From the NCBI GenBank assembly GCA_963691875.1, contig OY829846.1:2656001-2720000 (forward strand): a stretch of DNA of 64,000 nt, in the 5' to 3' direction. Within the stretch, counting starts at the first letter, position 1. The number at the start of each line of letters is the position of its first letter. This DNA is from Aureliella sp. GTDB taxonomy: Bacteria; Planctomycetota; Planctomycetia; Pirellulales; Pirellulaceae. The position numbers were made by a program, and so were the translations under genes. The notes below the pieces were generated by a model, which was not told the DNA's origin, did no database searches, and worked only from the letters and a program-made list of their open reading frames with translations. Below are positions 11,075 to 21,045 of the stretch, piece after piece.

Positions 11075-12199
11075 CTACTTGATCAAGTAAAGCAGCGGGA
11101 ATAGGTAAATCCAAATCAAATCGACGATGTGCCAATAGAGTCCAACGTAGTCGACCGGCCCAAAATACTGTTCGTTAAAGTGATCGCGAGTGGCTCGAAC
11201 GAGAAGCCAAGTGAGTACGATCATCCCGCCAATGATGTGAATAGCATGCACACCGGTCATGCAGTAGTAAATACTGAAAAACAGGCCGGCTCCACCACGC
11301 TGATCGATCTCTTTATCCGTGGCAGCGCCGGGCTTGTGTGCCGGTGCCATACCATCTGCTTCGGTCGAAACAAAGACTACTTTTGCATCTCCAGGAAGTA
11401 CGCTGTGCTTCCCATCTTTGCCTTCGTGAGCGTCATTATGTCCGGGCTCGCCTTCTTCGCCTTCGTGGGCATCGCCAGAATGTTCCTGCCCATGTCCATC
11501 GGTGTGCTGCTCAGAGTGTACACCTGGACCGTGATATTCACTGTGCTCTTCGCCACTCTCGAGGAACAAGCCAAGGCCCACTCCAACAAAGTAGCAAAGA
11601 GCGGTCACCAAGAGCGGACCGGCCACTTCGGAGTTCTCTTTTTCACCCTTCACAATGGTCATGGCGTACCAAATACCAAAACCGACAACGCAAACCGCGG
11701 GTATAGCACTCAGAACGTATAGCCACTGTGAAATTCCGTGATGCACTGCTGCAGGAAGGAACTGAGACTCGTACGTTCCGGCAGGGAGTAGCCCGAGTTC
11801 CCACTTGTGCGTGTACTCAATGGCTTTGACGCCCAGGAAGATCGAAGCACAACCGAGTGTGGCCGCTAGGGAAACAATGAGGCCTGTTCTTTGTCGCATT
11901 TGTGCACAACGCACTCCCCAGGCCATGGTCAGGCTGCTAAATAGCAATACACCGGTGTTAATTGCACCGAGCGTCGAATTCAGAAACTGACTAGCAAAAG
12001 TCCATACTTCTGGATGAATACTTCGGTACAGGGCGTAGGCACAAAACATCCCGCTGAAGAACAGAATTTCCGTGACTAGAAATAGCCACATACCAAGTTT
12101 GCCCGAGTCGTACTGCTGCTCAGGGTCATCGAAGTGGTGTGCCAAAAAAGGCGGGTGATCATGATCGTGTCCATCACCGTGTACCGCTGTTTCTGACAT
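11075..12199 (-). CDS. ctaE: Cytochrome c oxidase subunit III with internal extra TM pair and His-rich insertion
   Basis: LGMWLFLVTEILFFSGMF, NTGVLLFSSLTM, YYCMTGVHAIH, GLYWHIVDLIWIYLFPLLY. Confidence 0.9.
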   Translation of the reverse strand: MSETAVHGDGHDHDHPPFLAHHFDDPEQQYDSGKLGMWLFLVTEILFFSGMFCAYALYRSIHPEVWTFASQFLNSTLGAINTGVLLFSSLTMAWGVRCAQMRQRTGLIVSLAATLGCASIFLGVKAIEYTHKWELGLLPAGTYESQFLPAAVHHGISQWLYVLSAIPAVCVVGFGIWYAMTIVKGEKENSEVAGPLLVTALCYFVGVGLGLFLESGEEHSEYHGPGVHSEQHTDGHGQEHSGDAHEGEEGEPGHNDAHEGKDGKHSVLPGDAKVVFVSTEADGMAPAHKPGAATDKEIDQRGGAGLFFSIYYCMTGVHAIHIIGGMIVLTWLLVRATRDHFNEQYFGPVDYVGLYWHIVDLIWIYLFPLLYLIK

Positions 12200-12242
12200 A
12201 TTCTTTTTCTCGTATCGTTTCGGACCGCGACAGGCCTAATGA

Positions 12243-13952
12243 CTAGCTCTGGGCTGGCTCAGGTTCAGCTTGTGGCACTTTCGGTGCTTCAGGGTGAACA
12301 TACTCCCAGCCCCGATCCCCATCGCGATAAACCAATGGTTTGTAGTTGTAAGGGTCGTTGACCGTTGGTGGTTCCAAGAAGTTGTAGTATGGCGGCGGCG
12401 AAGTGCACTGCCACTCCAATGTTGCCCCGCCCCATGGGTTCGGTGGAGCCTTTTTACCAGCCATCAAAGAATGGATGAATACTCCCAAGGCTACAAACAG
12501 ACCAAAACCCAGCAAGAATGCACCATAAGATGACATCTGATGCAACTCTTGGAACTCAGCCACATATTGTGCGTACCGACGAGGCATACCGCGACTACCC
12601 AAGACAAACTGTGGGAGGAAGGTTAGGTTGAAGCCCAAGAAGACCAGCAAGCATGAAACCTTGCCCCACGTCTCGCTGAACATCTTACCCGTCATTTTTG
12701 GCCACCAGTGGAACACACCTCCAAGGAAGCCGACTAAGGTCCCACCCACCATAACGTAGTGGAAGTGAGCCACAACGAAATAAGTATCGTGCAGGGGTCG
12801 ATCAGTCGAAAGCGCTCCCAACCAAAGTCCGGTCAAACCACCGATGGTGAACAAGAAGATGAAGTTTAGAGCATAACACATGGCTGTGTTCAGCTGAACT
12901 GTCCCCTTATACATCGTCGCCAACCAGTTAAAGACTTTGATAGCCGACGGAATCGAAACCGTAAAGGTCAGGGCACTAAAGATGATTGTAGTGACGTTCG
13001 CCATTCCGCTGGTGAACATGTGATGCCCCCAGACCAAGAAGCCGAATAGAGCGATCGCGACCGAACTATAAGCGACAAAGCGATAGCCAAAAATCGACTT
13101 GTGACTATGGACGCTCATCAACTCTGAGATGATTCCCATCCCAGGCAGAATCATGATGTAAACGGCTGGGTGTGAGTAAAACCAGAAAAAGTGCTGATAG
13201 GTGACTGGGTCACCGTTGTAGGCTGGGTCGAAAATACCGATGTGCAAGATCCGCTCTGCGGCAAGCAATAAGACTGTAATACCAAGAACTGGTGTGGCTA
13301 AAACCTGAATGATCGAAGTGGCATATGTCGCCCACAGGAACAACGGCATCTTGAACCATTCCATTCCCGGGGGACGCATCGTATTAATCGTTACGATAAA
13401 GTTCAGCCCTGTGAAGATCGAACTAAACCCAAGGATAAAGACGCCCATCGTGGCGGCAACAACCGGCCCCTGAGTGGTCGTGCTGTAAGGGGTGTAGAAA
13501 GTCCAACCCGTATCTAGCCCGGTGAATAGCATGGCCGCCAAGAAGAAGATAGCTCCGCTAACCCATAGGTAGAAACTAGCTAGGTTTAGACGCGGGAAAG
13601 CCACATCCTTTGCCCCCAACATGACTGGAACCAAGAAGTTTCCAAGTGCGGCGGGAACACTGGGGATGATAAACAAAAACACCATGATCGCCCCGTGAAG
13701 GGTGAACACCTGGTTGTACTGCGCATTTGACAAATACGTGTTCGTCGGCGTCATCAGCTCCAAACGAATCAAAAGCGCCAACATACCTGCTATAAAGAAG
13801 GCGGACATCACGCCAACCAGATACATCAGGCCAATCCGCTTGTGATCCAGCGTCAAAGCCCAACTGAGGAACCCCTTAGTGTTAAACAAGAAATTCTCGC
13901 GTGCTTCTCGCTCTTCTTGCGGAAGAGCCGACAGGTCAGCTATTTCGCTCAT
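12243..13952 (-). CDS. ctaD: Heme-copper oxidase subunit I, A2 type
   Basis: [20 protein letters not shown] (YS variant = A2), VWGHHMF, VAHFHY, GMPRRY. Confidence 0.96.
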   Translation of the reverse strand: MSEIADLSALPQEEREARENFLFNTKGFLSWALTLDHKRIGLMYLVGVMSAFFIAGMLALLIRLELMTPTNTYLSNAQYNQVFTLHGAIMVFLFIIPSVPAALGNFLVPVMLGAKDVAFPRLNLASFYLWVSGAIFFLAAMLFTGLDTGWTFYTPYSTTTQGPVVAATMGVFILGFSSIFTGLNFIVTINTMRPPGMEWFKMPLFLWATYATSIIQVLATPVLGITVLLLAAERILHIGIFDPAYNGDPVTYQHFFWFYSHPAVYIMILPGMGIISELMSVHSHKSIFGYRFVAYSSVAIALFGFLVWGHHMFTSGMANVTTIIFSALTFTVSIPSAIKVFNWLATMYKGTVQLNTAMCYALNFIFLFTIGGLTGLWLGALSTDRPLHDTYFVVAHFHYVMVGGTLVGFLGGVFHWWPKMTGKMFSETWGKVSCLLVFLGFNLTFLPQFVLGSRGMPRRYAQYVAEFQELHQMSSYGAFLLGFGLFVALGVFIHSLMAGKKAPPNPWGGATLEWQCTSPPPYYNFLEPPTVNDPYNYKPLVYRDGDRGWEYVHPEAPKVPQAEPEPAQS

Positions 13953-14002
13953 CGATCAAATCCTCTTCGGGCAAGCCGAAATGGGGTAAAACTATTCGTA
14001 GA

Positions 14003-15136
14003 CTACTTGTTTGGTTCGGCTGGCGTCCCGCCGGCAGGGTCACCCTCGCCAACGCTCGCACCACCCATCGCTTCGGCCGCTACATCATCATCAGAGATGC
14101 CGTAGCTCTTCGCTTCTTCAGGCGTCAGCCCGTCTTCGTCGGAAACGAGCTTGATGAACTCTTCGTTCTTCATTTCCTTCATGAATGCCGTCAGTGACAT
14201 GACTTCTTCCAGGCTGAGTTGACCCTCAAAGGATGGCATTTGCGAGGCTTTCTCGTAGCCCGAGCGGAACTTAGCCTGAGGTTTGTAAATCGACTCCTGC
14301 ACGTACTGATCATCGAATTCTATCGACTCGCCGGTCGATAGCTGCACTGTCTCTCCCCAACTACCTTGGAAGCTCGGCCCGACAATCTTCTTGCCGTCCA
14401 ACGAGTGACAAGCCTTACATCCACGGTTTTTGTAGAGCCAGTAACCGTGGTAGACAGGATGCGATGGTGGCTTAGCAAGCTCAGCAAGCTTTGTTTTGTA
14501 GGCTTCCATGTCCAGGACATGAACCCCTTGTTTCTTGATCATCTCGCTGTGTTTGTCACCACAGTATTCAGCACAAAACAGGTCGAAATTACCTTCCATA
14601 ATAGGTCGGAACCACATCGTAGTCACACGTCCAGGAACCACGTCACTCTTCGCTCGAAACGATGGTACGTAGAAGGCGTGTAACACGTCAATCGAACGCA
14701 TGCGGAGACGAATGTTCTGTTCGTTGGGAATAAAAAGCTCATCCGAAATCGCCCCGTTAGGATACTGGAATTGCCAGTCCCACTTTTGTGCGGTGACATT
14801 GATATCAATCGTATCACCCGCAGGAGGCGTCATCATGTCCATGTATCCATAAACGCCCCGAGCGAAAATCCAAATCACAACAATCGTCGGAATGACCGTC
14901 CAGGTAATCTCCAGTGCATTACTATGCAGGGCGGAAGAGTCACCACGATAGCCGGGTCGGCGACGGAACTTTATCGCGAAGTAGACCATCGCTGCTACGA
15001 TCAGCACGAAAAAGACAACGGAGATCCACATAATGGCCATGAAGAACGAATCCGTCTCCTCCGCAAAGGTGGATGCCTTCGGAGGAAACCAAAACGTTTC
15101 GTTGATATCGCCAAGTAAATTGGGTAGAGATCTCAT
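14003..15136 (-). CDS. ctaC: Cytochrome c oxidase subunit II with C-terminal cytochrome c domain (caa3 type)
   Basis: CuA ligands DVLHAF and CAEYCGDKHSEM; heme motif CKACH and distal Met (QMPSF). Confidence 0.94.
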   Translation of the reverse strand: MRSLPNLLGDINETFWFPPKASTFAEETDSFFMAIMWISVVFFVLIVAAMVYFAIKFRRRPGYRGDSSALHSNALEITWTVIPTIVVIWIFARGVYGYMDMMTPPAGDTIDINVTAQKWDWQFQYPNGAISDELFIPNEQNIRLRMRSIDVLHAFYVPSFRAKSDVVPGRVTTMWFRPIMEGNFDLFCAEYCGDKHSEMIKKQGVHVLDMEAYKTKLAELAKPPSHPVYHGYWLYKNRGCKACHSLDGKKIVGPSFQGSWGETVQLSTGESIEFDDQYVQESIYKPQAKFRSGYEKASQMPSFEGQLSLEEVMSLTAFMKEMKNEEFIKLVSDEDGLTPEEAKSYGISDDDVAAEAMGGASVGEGDPAGGTPAEPNK

Positions 15137-15144
15137 GGATGTGG

Positions 15145-16116
15145 TTACTCAGTTCGTTCCCGACAGTCTAAAAGTTTTCTGTTCGCCGAATCAGTTGTGT
15201 CTGCTGAACCGTCGAATGATTTGTTTTTCGCCTCAGACGATGAGCCTGAGCGTATTCTTCCGCGAAACCAGAATGGCGCTGTGGTTCCCAAAAGTAGCAT
15301 GCAGAATGCAGCACCACCGAAGGCAAGCATGCGACGAGCACTCGCGGAATAGCGATTTGCATCCGGGTCATACAGGAAACACATCTGGATAAATGCGTCC
15401 GCAATGGAGAAGGTTAAAGTGCCTTCGTCTGCTTCGGCAATTGCCAACTGGAATTGCTGAGGCTCAACGCCTAGCGACAGAAGATAACGGCAGATTCGTC
15501 CCTCTGGACTGATAAAGTAAGTCACTGCAGGATGATTGTAACGCTTGTTATCGTAATCCCAGCCGTACTTAAAACCTACTGCGTCCGCAACTTTGGAAAT
15601 CGATTCCTGGTCGCCTGTCAAAAAATGCCAGGCCTTATGTGCTTCAGGATTGCGTAGATCCATAGCATACTTAACTTTTGTTTTGGCCGCCCTGTGATGA
15701 TCTTCATTCGGATCGATGCTAATTGTGACAATCTCGTACGTTTCGCCCATCCCACGGGCATTTATCTCTCGCAAGGTTGCCGTGAGATTGTCCAATTGAG
15801 CAATGCACAGTCCGGGGCAATCCGAATAATTCAGTGTTAAAACAATTGGTTTGCCACGTTTGAAGTACTTGCCAAGCCCAACTCGGTTCCCCCTGTCATC
15901 GGTGAAGATGGGATCGAAAGGAACAAATTTGCCGACCATGTCGACTACGTCAATCGCCCGAGCATTGTAAGGGAGTTGGCCGATCGCCTTGGCTGCAATG
16001 CTCTCCGCTGCCTCTTCCGCTCGACCAAAAGTCGTTGCAAAAGACAGCGCAGAGACAGCCAAAAACATGCAGAAGCAAGCTAGTTGGGCGTTCGATCTAC
16101 GACTGGAGTGCAACAT
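15145..16116 (-). CDS. SCO/SenC family copper chaperone
   Basis: YSDCPGLC motif, WHFLTGD, YNHPA; lies between act and cta genes. Start is uncertain (16116 chosen; ORF track starts at 16182). Confidence 0.88.
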   Translation of the reverse strand: MLHSSRRSNAQLACFCMFLAVSALSFATTFGRAEEAAESIAAKAIGQLPYNARAIDVVDMVGKFVPFDPIFTDDRGNRVGLGKYFKRGKPIVLTLNYSDCPGLCIAQLDNLTATLREINARGMGETYEIVTISIDPNEDHHRAAKTKVKYAMDLRNPEAHKAWHFLTGDQESISKVADAVGFKYGWDYDNKRYNHPAVTYFISPEGRICRYLLSLGVEPQQFQLAIAEADEGTLTFSIADAFIQMCFLYDPDANRYSASARRMLAFGGAAFCMLLLGTTAPFWFRGRIRSGSSSEAKNKSFDGSADTTDSANRKLLDCRERTE

Positions 16117-16156
16117 TCGATCTTTGACTTTTCCACTCACCTGATGACTAAATTCT

Positions 16157-16501
16157 TCAGGTAGACGGACTTTGTGAACCAAGAATCAATTCCTTCGCGC
16201 GACCGATAGGAATCCTAAGACGTTGTTCGCTGGATGGCACCAATGTTCCATCCTCTTTGGTAACCATGACTTCCACCGTCTCTTGACGATAACCGTCCAA
16301 ACGCGCCTTTTGTTCACTGATTACGTCGTCGGCGGCCACATAATGTATTCCCTCAGTTTTTCGCTGCTCTTCGCCTTCGACGAAAGCGTAGCAAAGGGCT
16401 CGAACCCCGAGGATCGTGACTACCAGGACGATACAGCTCAGGAACGTCGCATAAGCGATGGTGCCCGTGTACAGGTCGTCGTATCTATTGATATTCGCCA
16501 T
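16157..16501 (-). CDS. Small single-TM protein, ActG-like by position
   Basis: One TM helix plus C-terminal RIPIGRAKELI, resembling the RIPIxxAM motif of ActG-type subunits; directly after actF. Confidence 0.6.
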   Translation of the reverse strand: MANINRYDDLYTGTIAYATFLSCIVLVVTILGVRALCYAFVEGEEQRKTEGIHYVAADDVISEQKARLDGYRQETVEVMVTKEDGTLVPSSEQRLRIPIGRAKELILGSQSPST

Positions 16502-16548
16502 AGTTCTGCTCGCGAACTTGTGATTCCAGTTCAGTGTGTTCTTTTACC

Positions 16549-17796
16549 TTAGGGACCAACTTCGTAAGCCAGTGCCTCTGGCAACCATGGATCTTTTACT
16601 GCCACAAGCGGAGTATCGCCAACTCGCATCAGCACTAAGGACAGGAAGATGCAGAGCATGCCGACGCCGCAAACCAGATTCCCAGCTAGCATCACCCAGC
16701 TAAAAGGGTTTACTGCATGGTCCAGTGTTGGGAACGGCATGATCAAAAAAGTCATATCCAGCCAATGTACAAACAAAATGAATCCTGCCCAGAAAGCCAT
16801 CACCGACTTGCGTCTTCGAATGTGCCGCGACATGGTTCCGAGGAATGGAATTGCAAAGTGGAAAGCAATCAACACCAGGCCAAGATAAAACCAGCCGCCC
16901 TCGCTGCGGTGCAAGTACCAAGTCGTTTCCTCAGGAATGTTGCCATACCAGTAAAGCAGGAACTGCGAGAATGCGATATAAGCCCAGAACACGATGAATC
17001 CAAACTGAAACTTGGACATATCTTGGAAGTGCTCAGTGTTAACCATCTTTTCGATTCGCCCTTCGCGCTGCAACAAGAAGCAGCTGAGGATCATCATGGC
17101 AAAGAAACTGAGCATGCTGGCAGCGAACAAGTAAACACCGTAGATCGTGCTAAACCAAGCAGGGTCCGTCGACATCATGATGTCGAAAGCGCCGAAATTC
17201 ACCGAGAGAGCAAATAGCATGATGAGCGGTCCTGCAAACTTCTGCAGCTTCAATGTGATTTCCGAATCACCCGTCTCATCTTGTTGACGACTCAAGTTGA
17301 AGTAGAACCGTGCCGCGAAAATCCATACTGCAAAGTAGACAGCCACACGGATTGTGAACCAAAGTGGATTCAAAAAATCCAACTTCGCTTCCACAAGCGG
17401 ACCTAGGTCTTTGCCTTTGCCGAGTGCCCAGGGATAAATCCAATCGTTGCCAGAGCAAGCAGCGATCAAGATCGGGATGAACAGCAAGGCCCACCATGGC
17501 AGCGTGAAAGCCAGGAGCTCGGCGATGCGTCGGATCGATGCGCTCCAAGATGCCCGAACCAAGTGCTGCACCATGACGAAGAACAACGCGCCCAGGCAAA
17601 TACTCATGCAGAACATATAGTTCCCCAAGTAAGAATGGCAGAAGATCTGCCACCCTTTCTTGAAGCCATCACCGGAGAACATGCAAATTCCGGCTGCAAG
17701 CATGATGCAGACGAGACCAGCGATCATAAACACGCTGGAAAAGCCTCGCCAACTGGCAGGTAGATTTAAGTTGTCGTTGGGAATGTTGGCTGCCAT
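16549..17796 (-). CDS. actF: Alternative complex III subunit ActF
   Basis: Polytopic; WSASIRRIAE, MSTDPAWFSTIYG, FWAYIAFSQFLLYWYGNIPEETTWY. Confidence 0.9.
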   Translation of the reverse strand: MAANIPNDNLNLPASWRGFSSVFMIAGLVCIMLAAGICMFSGDGFKKGWQIFCHSYLGNYMFCMSICLGALFFVMVQHLVRASWSASIRRIAELLAFTLPWWALLFIPILIAACSGNDWIYPWALGKGKDLGPLVEAKLDFLNPLWFTIRVAVYFAVWIFAARFYFNLSRQQDETGDSEITLKLQKFAGPLIMLFALSVNFGAFDIMMSTDPAWFSTIYGVYLFAASMLSFFAMMILSCFLLQREGRIEKMVNTEHFQDMSKFQFGFIVFWAYIAFSQFLLYWYGNIPEETTWYLHRSEGGWFYLGLVLIAFHFAIPFLGTMSRHIRRRKSVMAFWAGFILFVHWLDMTFLIMPFPTLDHAVNPFSWVMLAGNLVCGVGMLCIFLSLVLMRVGDTPLVAVKDPWLPEALAYEVGP

Positions 17797-17858
17797 CAAT
17801 CGTTGCCTGGTTTACTTAGGAAACGCGTTCCGGTGTGTGAAATGTATAGTTCTAAGGA

Positions 17859-19451
17859 TTAGCTGTCTGAACCACTGCCGACGGGCTCAGCTGCAGACTC
17901 TTTCGCTGCGCCATCACCAGCTTCCTTTGAGGGTGCTTCAGGAACCACTACTTTTGGATCTTGGGCTTCCGGCCTGATTACTTCTGTTTCAGCTGCCGAC
18001 GTTTCTGCTTCAGGCTTAGCTGATTCTGACGCAGGAGCAGGGGCTTCAGACTCAACCGGCGTGGAAGCTTCCGGTGCCTTGGGCTCCGCTTCGGGCTGGC
18101 CAACCTTTGCCGGAGCCGTCTCCGCCGGTGGGGTGACCACTTTGACGCTAACACCCTCCGGCACGTCTGCCTCAGCGGCATTCTGACTACGCTGCAAAGC
18201 CTTGACGTAAAGGACAACTGCCCAGCGTTCTTCGAAGTTCAACGATGGTCCATAACCGCCCATCTTGCCTTTCCCATTGACCACTGTGTGGTACAGCTGT
18301 CCAACCGGTTGAGCCGCGACCTTGGAGTCATGCAAACTAGTCGGGGGTAACCAGTAACCTTGAGCCAAATTGGACGCACGCTGTGCTACCAAACCATCGC
18401 CGTAACCGCTGAACCCATGACAGACTGCACAGTTTTGCTCGAACTTGGCTTTACCTATTTCGAACATCTCGTCGCTGACAACGCCCTCAGGAAATTCTTC
18501 CAACCACTTCCGCTGCGGTTCAGCGTCGGTCGCTGCAGCAGGCTGGTCACCCTCCTGTAAGCTAACCAAACGGGTAGTGCTTTCTAAGACATTGGCACTC
18601 ACAGCGTCTGGATCGTACCCAAGATAGTAGGGATCTGCGTTGTCAAGCTCGCCATGAGCAACTGTTCCGGGCACTGGCGGCTGCTGCACTCGGTTGTTCT
18701 CAAAGATAGCAGTAGGTGTTTGAGTCTTCCGTTTTGGCTGATAGTCCATGTCAAAGAAGACATGCAAGCGACTGCCGCCGCTCTTCGAGTTTCGCATGTT
18801 TAACACGACCATCAATGGAATCAGCGATGCCGCAATTCCCGTCAGAATCGTAATTATCAGCTTGCGAGGAACAATGTCGGATGAATGATCGTCCTTCACC
18901 TCGTCGACTTCGATTGCCCCGGTCTCCGCCAGCAACTCCCGAACCTTCTCGGAGTTGAAGTATTTGTCTGCTGCGTCGATCCACAAGAAGAACCGATCAT
19001 CGGTCGCGCGATCAAATCTCGGGTTAGTGAAGACAGGGTTGCTCCACTTGGGCAATCCGTTCAGGCCAAGCATCGCGAATACAGTGGTGAAGGCCGCGAA
19101 CAGAACCGTCAACTCAAACGCAACAGGAATGAACGCTGGCCAACTAGCAAATGGCTTGCCGGAGATGATGTACGGATAGTCAACCGCATTGAAGAAATAC
19201 TGCATGGTCAACGCAGTACAAGTACCCAAAGCACCGGCGCAAAGGGAAAACCAAGGCAGGACCGTCGGCTTGATCCCCAATGCCTGATCGATGCCGTGCA
19301 CCGGAAACGGCAGGAAAGCATCGGTCTTCGTGTAGCCAGAGTCACGAACCTTGCGGCAAGCTTCCATCAGCTTATGCTCGCAATCGTACTCTGCCATCCA
19401 ACCGTGAGACTGGGGCTCAGAAGGCTTCTTTTCTGGTTTAGGATCGCTCAT
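17859..19451 (-). CDS. Alternative complex III ActD-ActE fusion with Pro/Ala/Glu-rich tail
   Basis: ActD motifs (PFPVHGID, GKPFASWPAFIPVAFELTVLFA) followed by ActE (DMDYQPK, PPVPGTV, CAVCH, ERWAVVLYVKALQRSQ). Confidence 0.9.
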   Translation of the reverse strand: MSDPKPEKKPSEPQSHGWMAEYDCEHKLMEACRKVRDSGYTKTDAFLPFPVHGIDQALGIKPTVLPWFSLCAGALGTCTALTMQYFFNAVDYPYIISGKPFASWPAFIPVAFELTVLFAAFTTVFAMLGLNGLPKWSNPVFTNPRFDRATDDRFFLWIDAADKYFNSEKVRELLAETGAIEVDEVKDDHSSDIVPRKLIITILTGIAASLIPLMVVLNMRNSKSGGSRLHVFFDMDYQPKRKTQTPTAIFENNRVQQPPVPGTVAHGELDNADPYYLGYDPDAVSANVLESTTRLVSLQEGDQPAAATDAEPQRKWLEEFPEGVVSDEMFEIGKAKFEQNCAVCHGFSGYGDGLVAQRASNLAQGYWLPPTSLHDSKVAAQPVGQLYHTVVNGKGKMGGYGPSLNFEERWAVVLYVKALQRSQNAAEADVPEGVSVKVVTPPAETAPAKVGQPEAEPKAPEASTPVESEAPAPASESAKPEAETSAAETEVIRPEAQDPKVVVPEAPSKEAGDGAAKESAAEPVGSGSDS

Positions 19452-19542
19452 CTGCGGATCAACCTAAATATTTCAATCAATATTAATTGAGTTTTTATCT
19501 TGTACGCTCGTCAAACACCGGCCAATAACCAGCGTCTGAACG

Positions 19543-20967
19543 CTAATGTTCCACTGCGTGCCCGTGAGCATGACGATGCTCCGCATGAGCATGCTGGCTC
19601 ATAGTCCACTTCACTTCACTGATTGCAATTACCGGCAAGAAGCGGCAGAACAAGCAGAATAGAGTCGTAAACAAGCCAAAGCTGCCGATCAACATGAGGA
19701 TGTCGACCCAGGTCGGAGAGAAATACCCCCAACTCGACGGCAGAAAGTCACGCGCCAAGGAAGTCACCGTAATCACGAATCGCTCGAACCACATTCCGAT
19801 GTTCACGAATATGGTCACAATCCACATGAGGACCGTGTTTCTACGGAAGACCTTGAACCAGAACAGTTGCGGCGAGATCACATTGCAAGTGAACATGATC
19901 CAATAAGCCCACCAGTAAGGGCCAAAGGCCCGGAACACAAAGGTGTCGTATTCGTATTTATTCTGGCTATACCAAGCCATGAAGAATTCGGTCGTGTACG
20001 CCAGCCCAACCATGGATCCGGTCGCCAAAATAATCTTGCACATATTATCCAAGTGACGTGGAGTAATAATGTGCTGCAACCCGTAAATGACTCGTACCGG
20101 AATCAACAGTGTGAGCACCATACCGAAGCCGGAGAAGATTGCACCAGCGACGAAGTAAGGGGGGAAGATGGTCGTGTGCCAACCGGGTAGCTGAGATACC
20201 GCAAAGTCAAAACTAACCACAGTGTGCACAGAAAGAACCAGGGGCGTCGCAAGAGCGGCTAAAATCCCGTAAGCCTTTTCGTACCGCATCCAGTGTCGAG
20301 CTGACCCACACCACCCCAAGCAAAGGATGCCGTAGATCATGCGGCGCCATTTAGATCTGGAGCGATCCCGGAAGGTCGCAAGGTCAGGAATCATCCCCAT
20401 GTACCAGAAAACCAAGGAAACCGACGCGTAGGTACCGACCGCGAAAACGTCCCAGAGAAGTGGAGACCGAAACTGCGGCCACATCCAAAGATTCAAACTT
20501 GGATAAGGAGTCAACCAGAAGGCGAGCCAAGCTCGACCAACGTGAATACCTGGGAAGGTTCCGGCACAAATAACCGCGAAGATCGTCATCGCTTCCGCGG
20601 CACGATTGATACCTGTTCGCCAGTCTTGGCGGAACAGAAACAAAATCGCAGAGATCAGCGTTCCGGCGTGACCAATACCAACCCAGAAAACGAAGTTGAC
20701 AATCGGCCAACCCCAGAAAACCGGTGACATATTTCCCCATACACCCACACCTGTCAGAAACAGGTAGCCGATCAATGACCCGAACATCATTAGCAATGGT
20801 ACTGCTATCAGGAAAGCGACCCACCAAATCATTGGCTGAGCTTCTTCACTGATTCGCGCAACCATATGAGTCACGGAAGAATAAGTCTGATCGCCCGTGA
20901 TCAATGGCGTACGCCTGCCCGGGGTGTCAAAGGTATTGTCAACTTCTGAAGCAGTTACACTTGCCAT
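19543..20967 (-). CDS. actC: Alternative complex III subunit ActC (NrfD/PsrC family)
   Basis: [78 protein letters not shown]. Confidence 0.95.
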   Translation of the reverse strand: MASVTASEVDNTFDTPGRRTPLITGDQTYSSVTHMVARISEEAQPMIWWVAFLIAVPLLMMFGSLIGYLFLTGVGVWGNMSPVFWGWPIVNFVFWVGIGHAGTLISAILFLFRQDWRTGINRAAEAMTIFAVICAGTFPGIHVGRAWLAFWLTPYPSLNLWMWPQFRSPLLWDVFAVGTYASVSLVFWYMGMIPDLATFRDRSRSKWRRMIYGILCLGWCGSARHWMRYEKAYGILAALATPLVLSVHTVVSFDFAVSQLPGWHTTIFPPYFVAGAIFSGFGMVLTLLIPVRVIYGLQHIITPRHLDNMCKIILATGSMVGLAYTTEFFMAWYSQNKYEYDTFVFRAFGPYWWAYWIMFTCNVISPQLFWFKVFRRNTVLMWIVTIFVNIGMWFERFVITVTSLARDFLPSSWGYFSPTWVDILMLIGSFGLFTTLFCLFCRFLPVIAISEVKWTMSQHAHAEHRHAHGHAVEH

Positions 20968-21045
20968 GAGGTTGCCAGTTTCCGATTTCAAATGTTCTTA
21001 AATATTGTTTTCTGTGACGATCCGAATGAAGCGGCAAACTAACGC

